DNA of 22,443 nt, taken from Octopus sinensis. Its lineage: Eukaryota. Position numbers and translations under genes: made by a program. Position 1 is the stretch's first letter, and each line of letters begins with the position of its first letter. The notes beneath the pieces were generated by a model, which ran no database searches, was not told the DNA's origin, and saw only the letters and a list, made by a program, of their open reading frames with translations. Of this stretch, positions 1 to 10,978 are shown one piece after another. The stretch covers positions 1 through 22,443 of the forward strand of contig NW_021836916.1 in the NCBI RefSeq assembly GCF_006345805.1, read 5' to 3'.

Positions 1-240
1 AAACTGCTGTTCAAACCGAAAAGATCCGGTTCCTGCTTAAGTATGAATAACCTCGTGCTTTTGACTTATTCGCACACTTACCCATAGTACAGGGTCGTTT
101 GGCATCCCACGGTTATCTTTAGTTTAACCTCTTACTCTAAGCTTCCGTGGCATCCGATACTGTGAACCTTACATATTTAGCTATCTTCGTTTTTCTTGAT
201 TACTTGCCGTTGATTTAAACTAGCTAGTTATTTGTATTTT
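1..240. repeat. Probable interspersed repeat fragment, unclassified, cut by the window start
   Basis: AAACTGCTGTTCAAACCGAAAAG resembles a motif I recall from octopus repeats. No ORF or termini could be defined and the end coordinate is approximate. Confidence 0.3.
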
Positions 241-1124
241 GCACCTGGATTTCCGCCATATGATAATTACCTCCCGACAACCATTACTTCCTGAACCCAG
301 TGACAGAGTTCACTGTACATCTCGAACCCCTTTTCTCCACAACTGGCCTATAGAATTCCTTAACAATTATGAGAGTCATTTACTGATGTAACCACAATTA
401 CACGGACACAGTACAAATTTTTCACATCGCCTGACAATTATACAAACTACACACCTTCCTGGAGCCCCCCTACAGAGAGTAGCATACTCTTTCTTTCTAT
501 TAGTATTGCTTTACCTGGATACACTCTGATGCAATCTTCATTGTTCGACTCAATAATCTTTCATCAATATCGGCTGTATAACTCTGCTAACTAAATATTA
601 AATATTGTTACATGATTTCTTTGTGTAATATATAACTACACCGATAATAGAAACTTCAAAACCATTATTGTTTGACTATTGATTATTAATGTGGTGGCAT
701 TTCTGCACTTCACCAACTTCGCTATCCGGAACAGGTAGAATGTTTGGCACGACATCGCGTATAATCGCTTCTCAGTGCAAAAACCCGCGAAAGTAAATAT
801 CATATTTCTCTTTACTTTGTCAGTATTATTTCAACGAGTCTCAATAGTTGTGAACCTTTCGTTAAACTAAAACTACATCCATCCGTTTAGATGAATGTTT
901 TTTAATGATTTTTATGAGATTTTGAAAAAAAAAAAAAGTTGTATCTCTCTTTAAATATAGCTTGGGGAATAATTTCTTACTTCTTTCAATGCCGCTCAGG
1001 GAACACGCTTTTTTCTCTTTCACTACTGCTTAGGGAATACGACTTTATACGAGTTTTTCTTTCATTATCGTTTCGTTACTGCCTATAACTTATACAAACA
1101 TTGGTTTACGCTGATAAACTGGAA

Positions 1125-1171
1125 GCTATATATATATACATACATACATATATATATGTATGAATATATAT

Positions 1172-1206
<35 letters not shown>

Positions 1207-1875
1207 TATATATACACACATATATATAAGAATATATACACATATATATATGAATATATATACATATATATATATATACATATATATATACATATATATA
1301 TACACATATATATATTGAATATATATACATATAAATATACATATATAATACATATATATACACATATATATATGAATATATATACACATATATATATATA
1401 TGAATATATATATATATTATATATACATATATATATACATATAATATTGAATATATATATACATATATATATGAATATATATATACATACATATATATGA
1501 ATATATATACATAATAATATATATATATATATATGCATATATATAACATATTATATATATGAATATATATACATAATATATATATATATGAATATATATA
1601 TATACATTATATATATATGAATACATATATATACACACTATATATACATGCATATATATATATGAATATATATACATACATAATATATATATATACATAT
1701 ATATATATGATATATATATACATACATATATATATAACATAATATATATATATACGCATAGATATACATAAATACATGCATATATATATACATATATCTA
1801 TATATATGTACGTATACATATATATATGTACACATTATATGTATGTATATATGTATGTATGTATAGATGTATGTA
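1125..1875. repeat. (TA)n-derived compound micro/minisatellite
   Basis: TA runs punctuated by recurrent ATGAATATATATAC(AC)AT motifs, grading into (TATG)n. Confidence 0.95.
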
Positions 1876-2029
1876 TTTGTGTAAGTATTTCTTTTTGCAA
1901 TATTCTTGATGTGCGTTGAAACAGACATCAATGGATACTGGAGATCGATATTTTGGAGTAAACCCTTGATTGTTTTGAAGTGATGGTCCAAAATAACCTC
2001 CTTCAATCTAGTGAGTATGAAAAAATGAA

Positions 2030-2140
2030 TGTATGTATATCTATCTATCTGTCTGTCTGTCTATCTATCTATCAACATATACACACATATATATATATGC
2101 ATATGCATGCACACTCATGTGTGTGTATGTATGTATATAC

Positions 2141-2194
<54 letters not shown>

Positions 2195-2310
2195 CATACA
2201 CATACATATATAGACGTATATATATGCTCACAGTGTGTATCTATCTGTCACTATATATATGTCTATAATATATACGTATTTGTGTGTGTGTGTGTGTGTG
2301 CTATATATTC
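2030..2310. repeat. Compound microsatellite (TCTA/TCTG, TA, TG)
   Basis: Directly visible. Confidence 0.9.
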
Positions 2311-2477
2311 TGCATTTATGCAACAACATGTGAAACAATAGTCAATGAAAACGAAAACTAAAAGAGGAAAAGAAAGAACGGAAGATGAAAGCGAAAGTTG
2401 GAAAAAAAAATAACAATCAAATATGGAAAACAAACTTGGCTATATATATATAGATATATATATATATATATAATAAA

Positions 2478-2873
2478 AAGAATTCCAACCTGTCTGATTT
2501 CACGTTTTATTTACAATCTATAATGATATATTATAAGATAAATATTATAATTGAATAAAAAAATGAAATAGTAGAATGTTAAATATTCATTCTGATTGAA
2601 CTAGTACTTTCATGCATGAATTCTGCAATCTTCGGGTTCATGTAGTAGTGTTGACAGTCATGCTTCACAATTTTTATTGTGAAGCATGACTGTCAACACT
2701 ACTACATGAACCCGAAGATTGCAGAATTCAATGCATGAAAGTACTAGTTCAATCAGAATGAATATTTAACATTTACATTTTCATTTTATTTTATTCAATT
2801 ATAATATATTATCTTATAATATATCTATAAGATTGTAAATAAAACGTGAAAATCAGACAAGGTTGGAATTCTT
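2478..2873. repeat. ~400-bp inverted repeat (hairpin palindrome) with a 4-nt loop
   Basis: 2617-2671 is the exact reverse complement of 2676-2730, with loop TTTT at 2672-2675. Complementarity continues outward, with small indels, to AAGAATTCCAACC (2478-2490) / GGTTGGAATTCTT (2861-2873). Confidence 0.97.
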
Positions 2874-3017
2874 ATTAAATATTCTTCTATACACAATCAC
2901 ACACACCCATAATATATATATATATATATATTATTATATATATATAGCAAGAAACCATAAAAATGTGAAAATCATTTTAATGGAAAATAAAGAAAAAATC
3001 TCGGAATTCTTAGATTG

Positions 3018-3090
3018 GTCTTGTTGTTGTTTCTGCTGTTGCTGCTGCTGTTGCTGCTACTGCTGCTGCTACTGCTGTTGTTGTTGTTTA
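3018..3090. repeat. (TGT/TGC)n trinucleotide repeat
   Basis: Directly visible; it produces the poly-Cys tail of ORF 2863..3099. Confidence 0.9.
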
Positions 3091-3529
3091 AATACTTGAA
3101 TATCTAAAAAAATATGGAAGAATTTATAAAGAGAAAATGTTGCGAGTGGACCACACCTAAGTTCTAATCAGTTGATCTTTTATAGAATGGGTGGTTCCAA
3201 CTTTGCTTGGTTTGTTGTTATTTTTCTTTTTGTTGTTGTTTGTTTTTTTCTTGTTTAAGTCTGTCGTTTCTACTAAAATATTTTCATACTGTTCATGAGA
3301 GTGTTGCTGTTGTTGTTGTTGTTGTGTTCTAATTTGTCAGACCAATAATTTCCATTTTACTTTAAACGTTCTTGTGTTCGTAATCAAAGTTTTTTTTTTC
3401 TTTTTTTTTTTTGTAATGTTTAAATTCAGTTTGGCCGGAATGTGGGGTGTCGCAGTTATGCGAAGATTCTTGTAACTTATGGGCATTCTTCCTTTGAATG
3501 TTGTCTTCTTCAGGCACTTATAGACTTCT

Positions 3530-3762
3530 CTCTCTCACACACACACACAACCGCACAAATACGTACATTCACCCACAAACATACACATACGCGCACACAC
3601 AGACACAAACACACAGACACGAAACACACATACACGCACACAGACACGCACAAACGCATATACACTCACCCACAAACACACACACAAACGCATACACATA
3701 AACATGCATACGCACACAAACACACACAAACACTCAGACGTATACATAAACACACATACATA
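3530..3762. repeat. Degenerate (CA)n-rich repeat
   Basis: Directly visible. Confidence 0.9.
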
Positions 3763-3848
3763 TAACGTTTTCCCCATTCTTTGCGTCTACCAAATCTGCA
3801 CAGAAGTCATTCATTGGTTGGAGTCCATAGTTGTGAAGACGTCTGCAC
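3762..3848 (-). mobile_element. Highly decayed SINE core fragment
   Basis: GCGTCTACCAAATC...ATAGTTGTGAAGAC aligns by eye with CCGTCTACCAAATC...GCTGTAATAGAAGAC of the SINE at 21712-22140, and likewise follows a CA-rich tract. Confidence 0.55.
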
Positions 3849-3925
3849 TTGATTAATGGGCTGCACAGACAGGCTCAAACAATAGAGTCGTAAAGCGGTC
3901 TTTATTACAAACCTTTTCTCTTTTA

Positions 3926-3995
3926 CAGTAATCCCTCAACTATCGCGGGTGTTACGTTTCAAAAGCCCCCGCGATAGGTGAAAATCCGCGAAGTA
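3926..3995 (+). mobile_element. Tigger/pogo-type (Tc1/mariner) terminal fragment
   Basis: TA (3924-3925) followed by CAGTAATCCCTC. Internal 10-bp inverted repeat CTATCGCGGG (3940-3949) / CCCGCGATAG (3968-3977) and a CCGCGA motif fit Tigger ends as I recall them. No partner terminal inverted repeat (TIR) was found. Confidence 0.6.
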
Positions 3996-4499
3996 CCACC
4001 ACCCTCACCACCACCTTCACCTTTGATATTATTCATTACTGATAATTTTTCTTGATAATTTTCGAATCGAAAAGCCGGCACTTTATTTACTGCCCACAAG
4101 AAGCTGCGTTTGCGCGGTAGATTTGAAGAATTAGAATGTATAAGCACGGGGCATATACTGCATTGCCTCGTGTATATATATTTAATCTAAGGTGTACCTG
4201 CTGAAGAAGACTTCGCCTAGCAAATTTATTTCCTAAAAATAATCTGAAAGCATTGGTCCAGTAGTTAGATAGTAAATGTTTTTATTTCTCATTCCTTCGA
4301 AATTTTATCCGTAATAGTGGTTTGGAAGTTAACTGTCCTCTCTAGCGTACAAGGAATCCTGTGATGGATACCATACCTCTTATGTGTTTAAAGATACACT
4401 GTATTTATATGAATAATATGTAGTCTATTGACAAAATATTTTTTATACGCTAGGCCACTGGTAATGGAAATTTCAAATATTTCTGATTACCATTTGATA

Positions 4500-4523
4500 T
4501 TATTAATTATTATATTATATATT

Positions 4524-4576
<53 letters not shown>
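4500..4576. repeat. (TA)n microsatellite
   Basis: Directly visible. Confidence 0.95.
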
Positions 4577-4578
<2 letters not shown>

Positions 4579-4590
4579 TATAACACTAAC

Positions 4591-4660
4591 GGCGGAATTT
4601 GAACTCAGATGTAGCGACGGACGAAATGCTGCTAAGCATTTCTTTCAGTTTGCCACCTTA
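4591..4660 (-). mobile_element. Decayed tRNA-derived head of a second SINE family
   Basis: Minus strand reads AAGGTGGC...GAAATGCTTAGCAGCATTTCGTCCGTC...CTGAGTTCAAATTCCGCC, with a B-box-like GAGTTCAAATTCC and a 7-bp stem GAAATGC/GCATTTC. Matches my recall of an octopus SINE head. Confidence 0.6.
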
Positions 4661-4692
4661 AAATTAGAAAACGATAATATTAATAATTCTCA

Positions 4693-4762
4693 TTTACTCT
4701 TTTACTTGTTTCAGTCATGTGACTGTAGCCATGCTGGAGTACCGCCTTTAGTCGAGCAAATC
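4693..4762 (-). mobile_element. SINE 3' end fragment
   Basis: TTTACTTGTTTCAGTCATGTGACTGTAGCCATGCTGGAGTACCGCCTTTAGTCGAGCAAATC is close to the reverse complement of the SINE tail at ~16310-16365 and co-linear with ~21725-21790. Confidence 0.85.
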
Positions 4763-5125
4763 AGTCGACAGCTGTACTCTTCCTTCGCCGGACAACAGGT
4801 AATCACATGAACCTAAAATATATAAGGGGTATCATGAAGGAAGAAAATAAATTTAAAAAGATTTTTTCTTAATTATGCAAATAATAGCTTATGGGAACAT
4901 TCCATTTTGTACTGATATAATAAGAAATAATTGAAGATTAAAGATTTGTATATAAGTATTCATTGGATCCAATCAAGATTGCATTTTCAAAAAGGTTTTA
5001 AGTTAAACATTTAAAAAAAAATTTTATTTTAAAGTCTAAAGACTTCTAAAGCTGCTAAATATTTATGCTTACAACATACTGAAATGTCTGTAATATAATT
5101 TAATAATCTCTATATAAAGATGAGA

Positions 5126-5159
5126 ATGTGTGTGTGTGCGTGCGTGTGTGTGTGTGTGA

Positions 5160-5193
<34 letters not shown>

Positions 5194-5195
5194 CT
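5126..5195. repeat. (TG)n microsatellite
   Basis: Directly visible. Confidence 0.95.
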
Positions 5196-5235
5196 GTCTA
5201 TGTGAATCCCTAAAACTCGAGAACTACACAACTCG

Positions 5236-6611
5236 TTTCTTTATTTGGCACCATGGCCACTAACACAGAGGGGGACGCTAGAAGGACAGACACATCACCA
5301 CAGTGGGGACAATAAACATAAAACGAATGAGGATGAATATTATATAAAAATGGAAAAATGAAATGGCTGCATGGGCGCCTCTCCTCATACAGTACCATTT
5401 GAACGTTTGTACACACTATATTACAATCGTGCTATTATTGCCTGATGTTTTTTTTTTCTTAATTATCATTTTTTCCTCTTTTTCCTTCGAAGCACTTTTT
5501 CCTTTTTTTTTTTCTCTTTTTTATCCTTTTAACAAAGTAATTTTACTAACACTTCTTTTTCTTCCTTTTAATATCTCATATACGGATCCACGTCCCTGAG
5601 TTCAACTACTGGTGGCAGTTCATCGAACTCCACCAATACTCCGGGTGGGTCAATCTTATTTCTGCACATGTCTACTAGCCTCTTATATGTTTCTTTATCG
5701 ACCACAATGGCCTTTACATTCTCTGAGTATACATCCCTGGGCAACTTCACTCTTATGATGTGTTTAAATTTCACAATTTTTCTTTCCACCTCCTTGTTTT
5801 TGGCATAAGTTACGAAGTTCAATTTGTTCTTTCCCCCTCTAGGTTTTCTCTTTTCTACTTCTATTTCTGGTGATTTTACCTTTTCTGTCTCTTCTCTTAA
5901 CAATGTCTCTATATCACTGTCATCTATTTCTAAAACTTTTTCCTTCTCTGTCTCTACTGTGAAAATTTTTCTCTATTTCACCCTCATGTAGTTGCACACC
6001 TGAATCTTTCTCCTTCGCCAAATCAACTGACGTCTTCAACACCGCTTCCTCCTTCTGTAACTCATTCTCGCACACCTTCCCAATTATTTTTTCACTTTCT
6101 TTCTCCACAAACCTTCTGTCTTCCTTCCTTCTGGTCGCATCTTTCCTTTCCGCCTCTTCTTTATTCTTTTTCTGGTTACCTGGCGGCGGGCCCACTCTTC
6201 CGCTTCTCCTTTTTCTTTCCACTACCGTGAATCCCTCCTCCGCTGTTTTCTCTTCATTCTCCACATGTACTACCTGTTCCATACTTTCTTGCTTCTCCCT
6301 GTTCTCTCTCTCTGGGCACCTCACCTTCATGTGGCCTTTCTCACCACATTCAAAACATACAGGCGGCCTGCCCTCTACCTTCATTCTTAATATTAAGTCA
6401 TCAGGTAGCACTATCTCCTCTGCAATCCTACTCAAATCCTCTACTGTTGCCTGGATAGTGAGTTCGATCCCATATCCCCAGTAGTTGAGTTTGTTAGTTC
6501 TTGTGGCCTTCAATATCTTGGCCCCATCCTTCATATTGAACATTATGGCTGTCATGAGCCATGCCTCTTTGGGGGTACTTGGCCTACTCGCACTCTGGCC
6601 ACATGTTTGCC
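5236..6611 (-). mobile_element. 5'-truncated non-LTR retroposon (L1/Tx1-like) comprising ORF1 and a 3' UTR, with no ORF2
   Basis: ORF1 relic followed by a ~330-bp UTR ending ...CCCCCTCTGTGTTAGTGGCCATGGTGCCAAATAAAGAAA (AATAAA at 5240-5245, minus strand). No endonuclease or reverse transcriptase sequence is present. Confidence 0.7.
5568..6611 (-). pseudogene. Gag-like ORF1 with a CCHC zinc knuckle, disrupted by two frameshifts
   Basis: VEGRPPVCFECGEKGHMKVRCP: CX2CX4HX4C at 6316-6357, followed by EEGFTVVERKRR and a K/E-rich region. Removing one base from the T5 run at 5966-5970 fuses track ORFs 5920..6651 and 5568..5903 (..EKIFTVETEKEKVLEIDDSDIETLLREE..). A second shift near 6570 joins GKHVARVRVGQVPP to KEAWLMTAIM. 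Confidence 0.8.
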
Positions 6612-6766
6612 TTAGATTTGTCCATTTGAGATTTGTGTTCCTTACTTCCACTTCATTTCAGATTTGTGTACCTTAGTTTTGTCCATTACATTTCAGATTT
6701 GTGATCCTTACATTTGTCCATTGAATTTGAGGTTTGTGTTCCTTACTTTTGTCCAGTGAATTTCAC
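6612..6766. repeat. 35-bp minisatellite, ~4.5 copies
   Basis: Units such as TTTTGTCCATTACATTTCAGATTTGTGATCCTTAC (6677-6711) and ATTTGTCCATTGAATTTGAGGTTTGTGTTCCTTAC (6712-6746). Confidence 0.9.
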
Positions 6767-7022
6767 ATACATACAAACATACATACATACATACATACAT
6801 ACATACATACATACATACAAACATACATACATACATACACATAAACATACATATATACATACATACATACATACATACACACATACATACATACATACAT
6901 ACATACATACATACATACATACATACATACATACACACATACATACGTACATACATACATACATACATACATAATACATACAAACATACATACATACATA
7001 CATACACATAAAATACATACAT
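6767..7022. repeat. (TACA)n microsatellite
   Basis: Directly visible. Confidence 0.97.
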
Positions 7023-7149
7023 AAATGCTTACAGACACCCAAACATATTGAGTCTGTAGAAATTCACTTAATCTTGATTGTTTTGGACCAAAAACACTTA
7101 ACTCGTTACCAGTCATTCCGTCAGTGAACCTTCTCGAACTCTATCGACA

Positions 7150-7722
7150 CAATTAACGTTTGCAAGCTTCATCACCACCGCCATTGCTAGAAACGCCATC
7201 AGCACCGCCGCCATTGCATTTACATTAACAACAGGACCACCACCAAAAAACCACCACCACCGCCGCCGCCGCCTCCGCCGCCTCCGCCGCCACCACCACG
7301 ACGATTATTACTACAAGAACCACCACTACCACCATTACCACAACCACCACCACCACCACGATTATTACAACTACTACCACCACTACCACCATTTAGCAAC
7401 GCCACAACCACCACCACCATTATTACTACAAGTACCACCACCACGATTATTACAACTACTACCACCACTACCACCATTTACCACCGTCACAACCACCGCC
7501 ACGATTATTACTACAAGTACCACCACTACCACCATTACCACAACCACCACCACCACGATTATTACAACTACTACCACCACTACGACCATTTACCACCGCC
7601 ACCACCACCACCACCACTACGATTATTACTACAAGTACCACCAATACCACCATTACCACAACCACCACCACCACGATTATTACAACTACTACCACCACTA
7701 CCACCATTTACCACCGCCACAA

Positions 7723-7769
<47 letters not shown>

Positions 7770-8602
7770 ACCACGATTATTACTACAAGTACCATAACCA
7801 CCACCACCACCACGATTATTACAACTGCTACCACCACTACCACCATTTACCAACGCCACAACCACCACCGCCACCACCACCGCCACCGCCGCCGCCGTCG
7901 CCACCACCACCACCACGATTATTACTACAAGTACCACCACTACCACCATTACCACAACCACCACCACCACGATTATTACAACTACTACCACCACTACCGC
8001 CATTTACCACCGCCACAACCACCACCGCCACCACCGCCGCCGCCACCGCCGCCGCCACCACCACCACCACGATTATTACTACAAGTACCACCACTACCAC
8101 CATTACCACAACCACCACCACCACGATTATTACAACTACTACCACCACTACCACCATTTACCACCGCCACAACCACCACCGCCACCACCGCCGCCGCCAC
8201 CGCCGCCGCCACCACCACCACCACGATTATTACTACAAGTACCACCACTACCACCATTACCACAACCACCACCACCACGATTATTACAACTACTACCACC
8301 ACTACCGCCATTTACCACCGCCACAACCACCACCGCCACCACCGCCGCCGCACCGCCGCCGCCACCACCACCACGATTATTACTACAAGTACCACCACTA
8401 CCACCATTACCACAACCACCACCACCACGATTATTACAACTACTACCACCACTACCACCATTTACCACCGCCACAACCACCGCCACAACCACCACCACCA
8501 CCACGATTATTACAACTATTACCACCACTACCACCATTTACCACCTCCACAACCACCATCGCCACCACCACCACCGCCGCTGCCGCCGCCGCCGCCGCCA
8601 CC

Positions 8603-8654
<52 letters not shown>

Positions 8655-10820
8655 CAACAGCCACAACAAGAGCAAGAATGGGAAGAAAAGCTAATTTCTT
8701 GCATTTCTAACCCTGACACCTCACCATTTTGAGTTGTAAGCATCAACGACGCCACCGCCACCTCCCACTGCAACGACAGCAACTACAACATCAACATCAA
8801 CATCAACGACAGCAAACAATTATCGCGTCTTCAAAACTGCCACCACAACGCTATGACTATCATCATCATCATCATCATCATCGTCACCTCTAGCACCACC
8901 ACAATCATCAGTACCGCCAACACCATTAGCATCACAACCCCTACCACCACCACCACCACCACCACCACCACCGCCGCCGTCACTACCACCACCACCACCA
9001 CCACATCACCACCACCACCACCACCACCATAATCACTAACCACGACCTTCACCAGCAACAGTAACAATATTAGTAGATTATCTCCGACGCCGCACCATCA
9101 CCACCGCCGCCACCACCACCACCACCACAACAACAACAACAAACAACAACGTTACTATATCAATAGTATTTCGAACTCTGACGCCGCCACCACAACAGTA
9201 TGAGCAACAACAGCAACAGCAGCAACAACATCGGTACCACAACCATCATCGCAACCATCGCAATCACAACAACAACAATTCAAACTTGTTACCAACGCCA
9301 CCACCGCCACCACAACCACCGCCACCATACTATACGAGCAGCAATGGCTCCACCACCGCCATCACCATGGTCTCTACAAAGCATTAAATCACTAACGTTT
9401 CTCCTCCAATAGCAACCATTATCATCATCAAACTCCAAAACCATCACGGCGGCGGCGACGACGACGATGACCCCCCCACACACACACACTACCACCATCA
9501 CCACGATTATTACTACTAGTACCGCCACTACCACCATTACCACCACCACCACCACCACCACGATTATTACTACTAGTACCGCCACTACCACCATTACCAC
9601 CACCACCACCACCACGATTATTACTACTAGTACCACCACTACCACCATTACCACGACCACGACCACGACCACAATTATTACAACTACTACCACCACTACC
9701 ACCATTTACCACTGCAACAACCACCACCACCACAACCACAATTATTACAACTACTACCACCACTACCACCACCACGATTATTACTACTAGTACCACGAAT
9801 ACCACCACCACTACCACCACCACTACCACTACCATTAACAAAAACACATCCACTACTACAACAACAAACACTACTACTGCCACTACTGCAAGCCACCACC
9901 AACAACAACAAAAACAACACCAAAAGTTTTACTACCACTCTACCACTACTTTACTTAACAACCATTACCACCACCACCACCACCACCACCAAAAACAACA
10001 ACAGCAACAACAGCACCACCACAACACCATCACCACCACTACCAACGCTACCACCTCCACCTCCAACACCACAACCACCACTACCACCACCACTACCAAC
10101 ACAACTACCAACACTACCACCACCACTACCATCACCACCACCATCACCCCCATCACCACTACCAACACTACCAACACTACCACCACCACTGCTACCATCA
10201 CCATCACCACCACCACCACCACCACTAACAACACTACCGCTACCATCACCGCCACCACCACTGCTACCATCAACCCATCACACCCCCCACCACCACTAAC
10301 ACACTAACGCTACCCTCACCGCCACACCACTGCTACACCATCACCATCACCACCACCACCACCACCACTAACAACACTACCGCTACCATCACCGCCACCA
10401 CCACTGCTACCATCACCATCACCACCACCACCACCACCACCACCACCACTAACAACACTACCGCTACCATCACCGCCACCACCACTGCTACCATCACCAT
10501 CACCACCACCACCACCACCACCACCACTAACAACACTACCGCCACCATCACCGCCACCATCGCCACCATCACCACCATCACCACCACCACCACCACCACC
10601 ACCACCACTACTACCATCACCAGCGACGACAACAACGACAGCAACAACAACAACAGCAGCAGCACCACCACCACCACCATCACCGAAAATAACAAAATCA
10701 ACCAACGCTACAAATATCATAACGACCAACACAAACAACAACAACAAACAACAATAAAAACAACAACAATCATCACCATCTACAACAGCAACAACAACAA
10801 CAACAACAACAACAACTTTA
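7150..10820. repeat. ~3.7-kb ACC/AAC/GCC-rich compound satellite with higher-order sub-arrays
   Basis: Trinucleotide-based sequence. Higher-order units marked by ACGATTATTA and CCATTTACC at ~7250-8560; further sub-arrays at ~9490-9790 and ~10080-10620. Confidence 0.97.
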
Positions 10821-10907
10821 TCGAACGGTATCAATATCAGCAAATCAGGGGAAAATGCTTTTAAGCGAAGGTGGTGTGATAACGAGAGGAAGGTATCGAT
10901 ACTACGA

Positions 10908-10978
10908 GTGGTGGTGATGGTGGTGGTGTTGGTGGTTTTTGATGGTGGTAGTGGTGGTGGTAGTGGTGGTGGTGGATG
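10908..10978. repeat. (GGT)n-rich tract
   Basis: Directly visible; opposite orientation to the preceding ACC array. Confidence 0.9.

Noticed and set aside
370-470. Minus-strand Cys-rich peptide RCVVCIIVRRCEKFVLCPCNCGY resembling a RING start
   Set aside because: Short, bounded by stops, lacks the His and later Cys pairs, and has no splice signals.
1083-2341. Long Ile/Tyr/His/Cys-rich ORFs here and at 6708-7116, 11112-11769, 12115-14689, 18078-19141 and 21838-22167
   Set aside because: They are translations of TA, CA, TACA and TCTA repeats, which lack stop codons in most frames.
2617-2730. Pre-miRNA call for the hairpin core
   Set aside because: A perfect 55-bp stem with a 4-nt loop inside a ~400-bp palindrome is atypical for animal pre-miRNAs, and I recognise no mature sequence.
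2863-3099. Poly-Cys ORF suggesting a metallothionein-like peptide
   Set aside because: Produced by a (TGC/TGT)n repeat; the N-terminus overlaps a TA tract.
7250-8560. CRISPR-like look: recurrent ACGATTATTA with variable intervals
   Set aside because: The intervals are themselves repeats rather than unique spacers, lengths vary widely, the DNA is eukaryotic and there are no cas genes.
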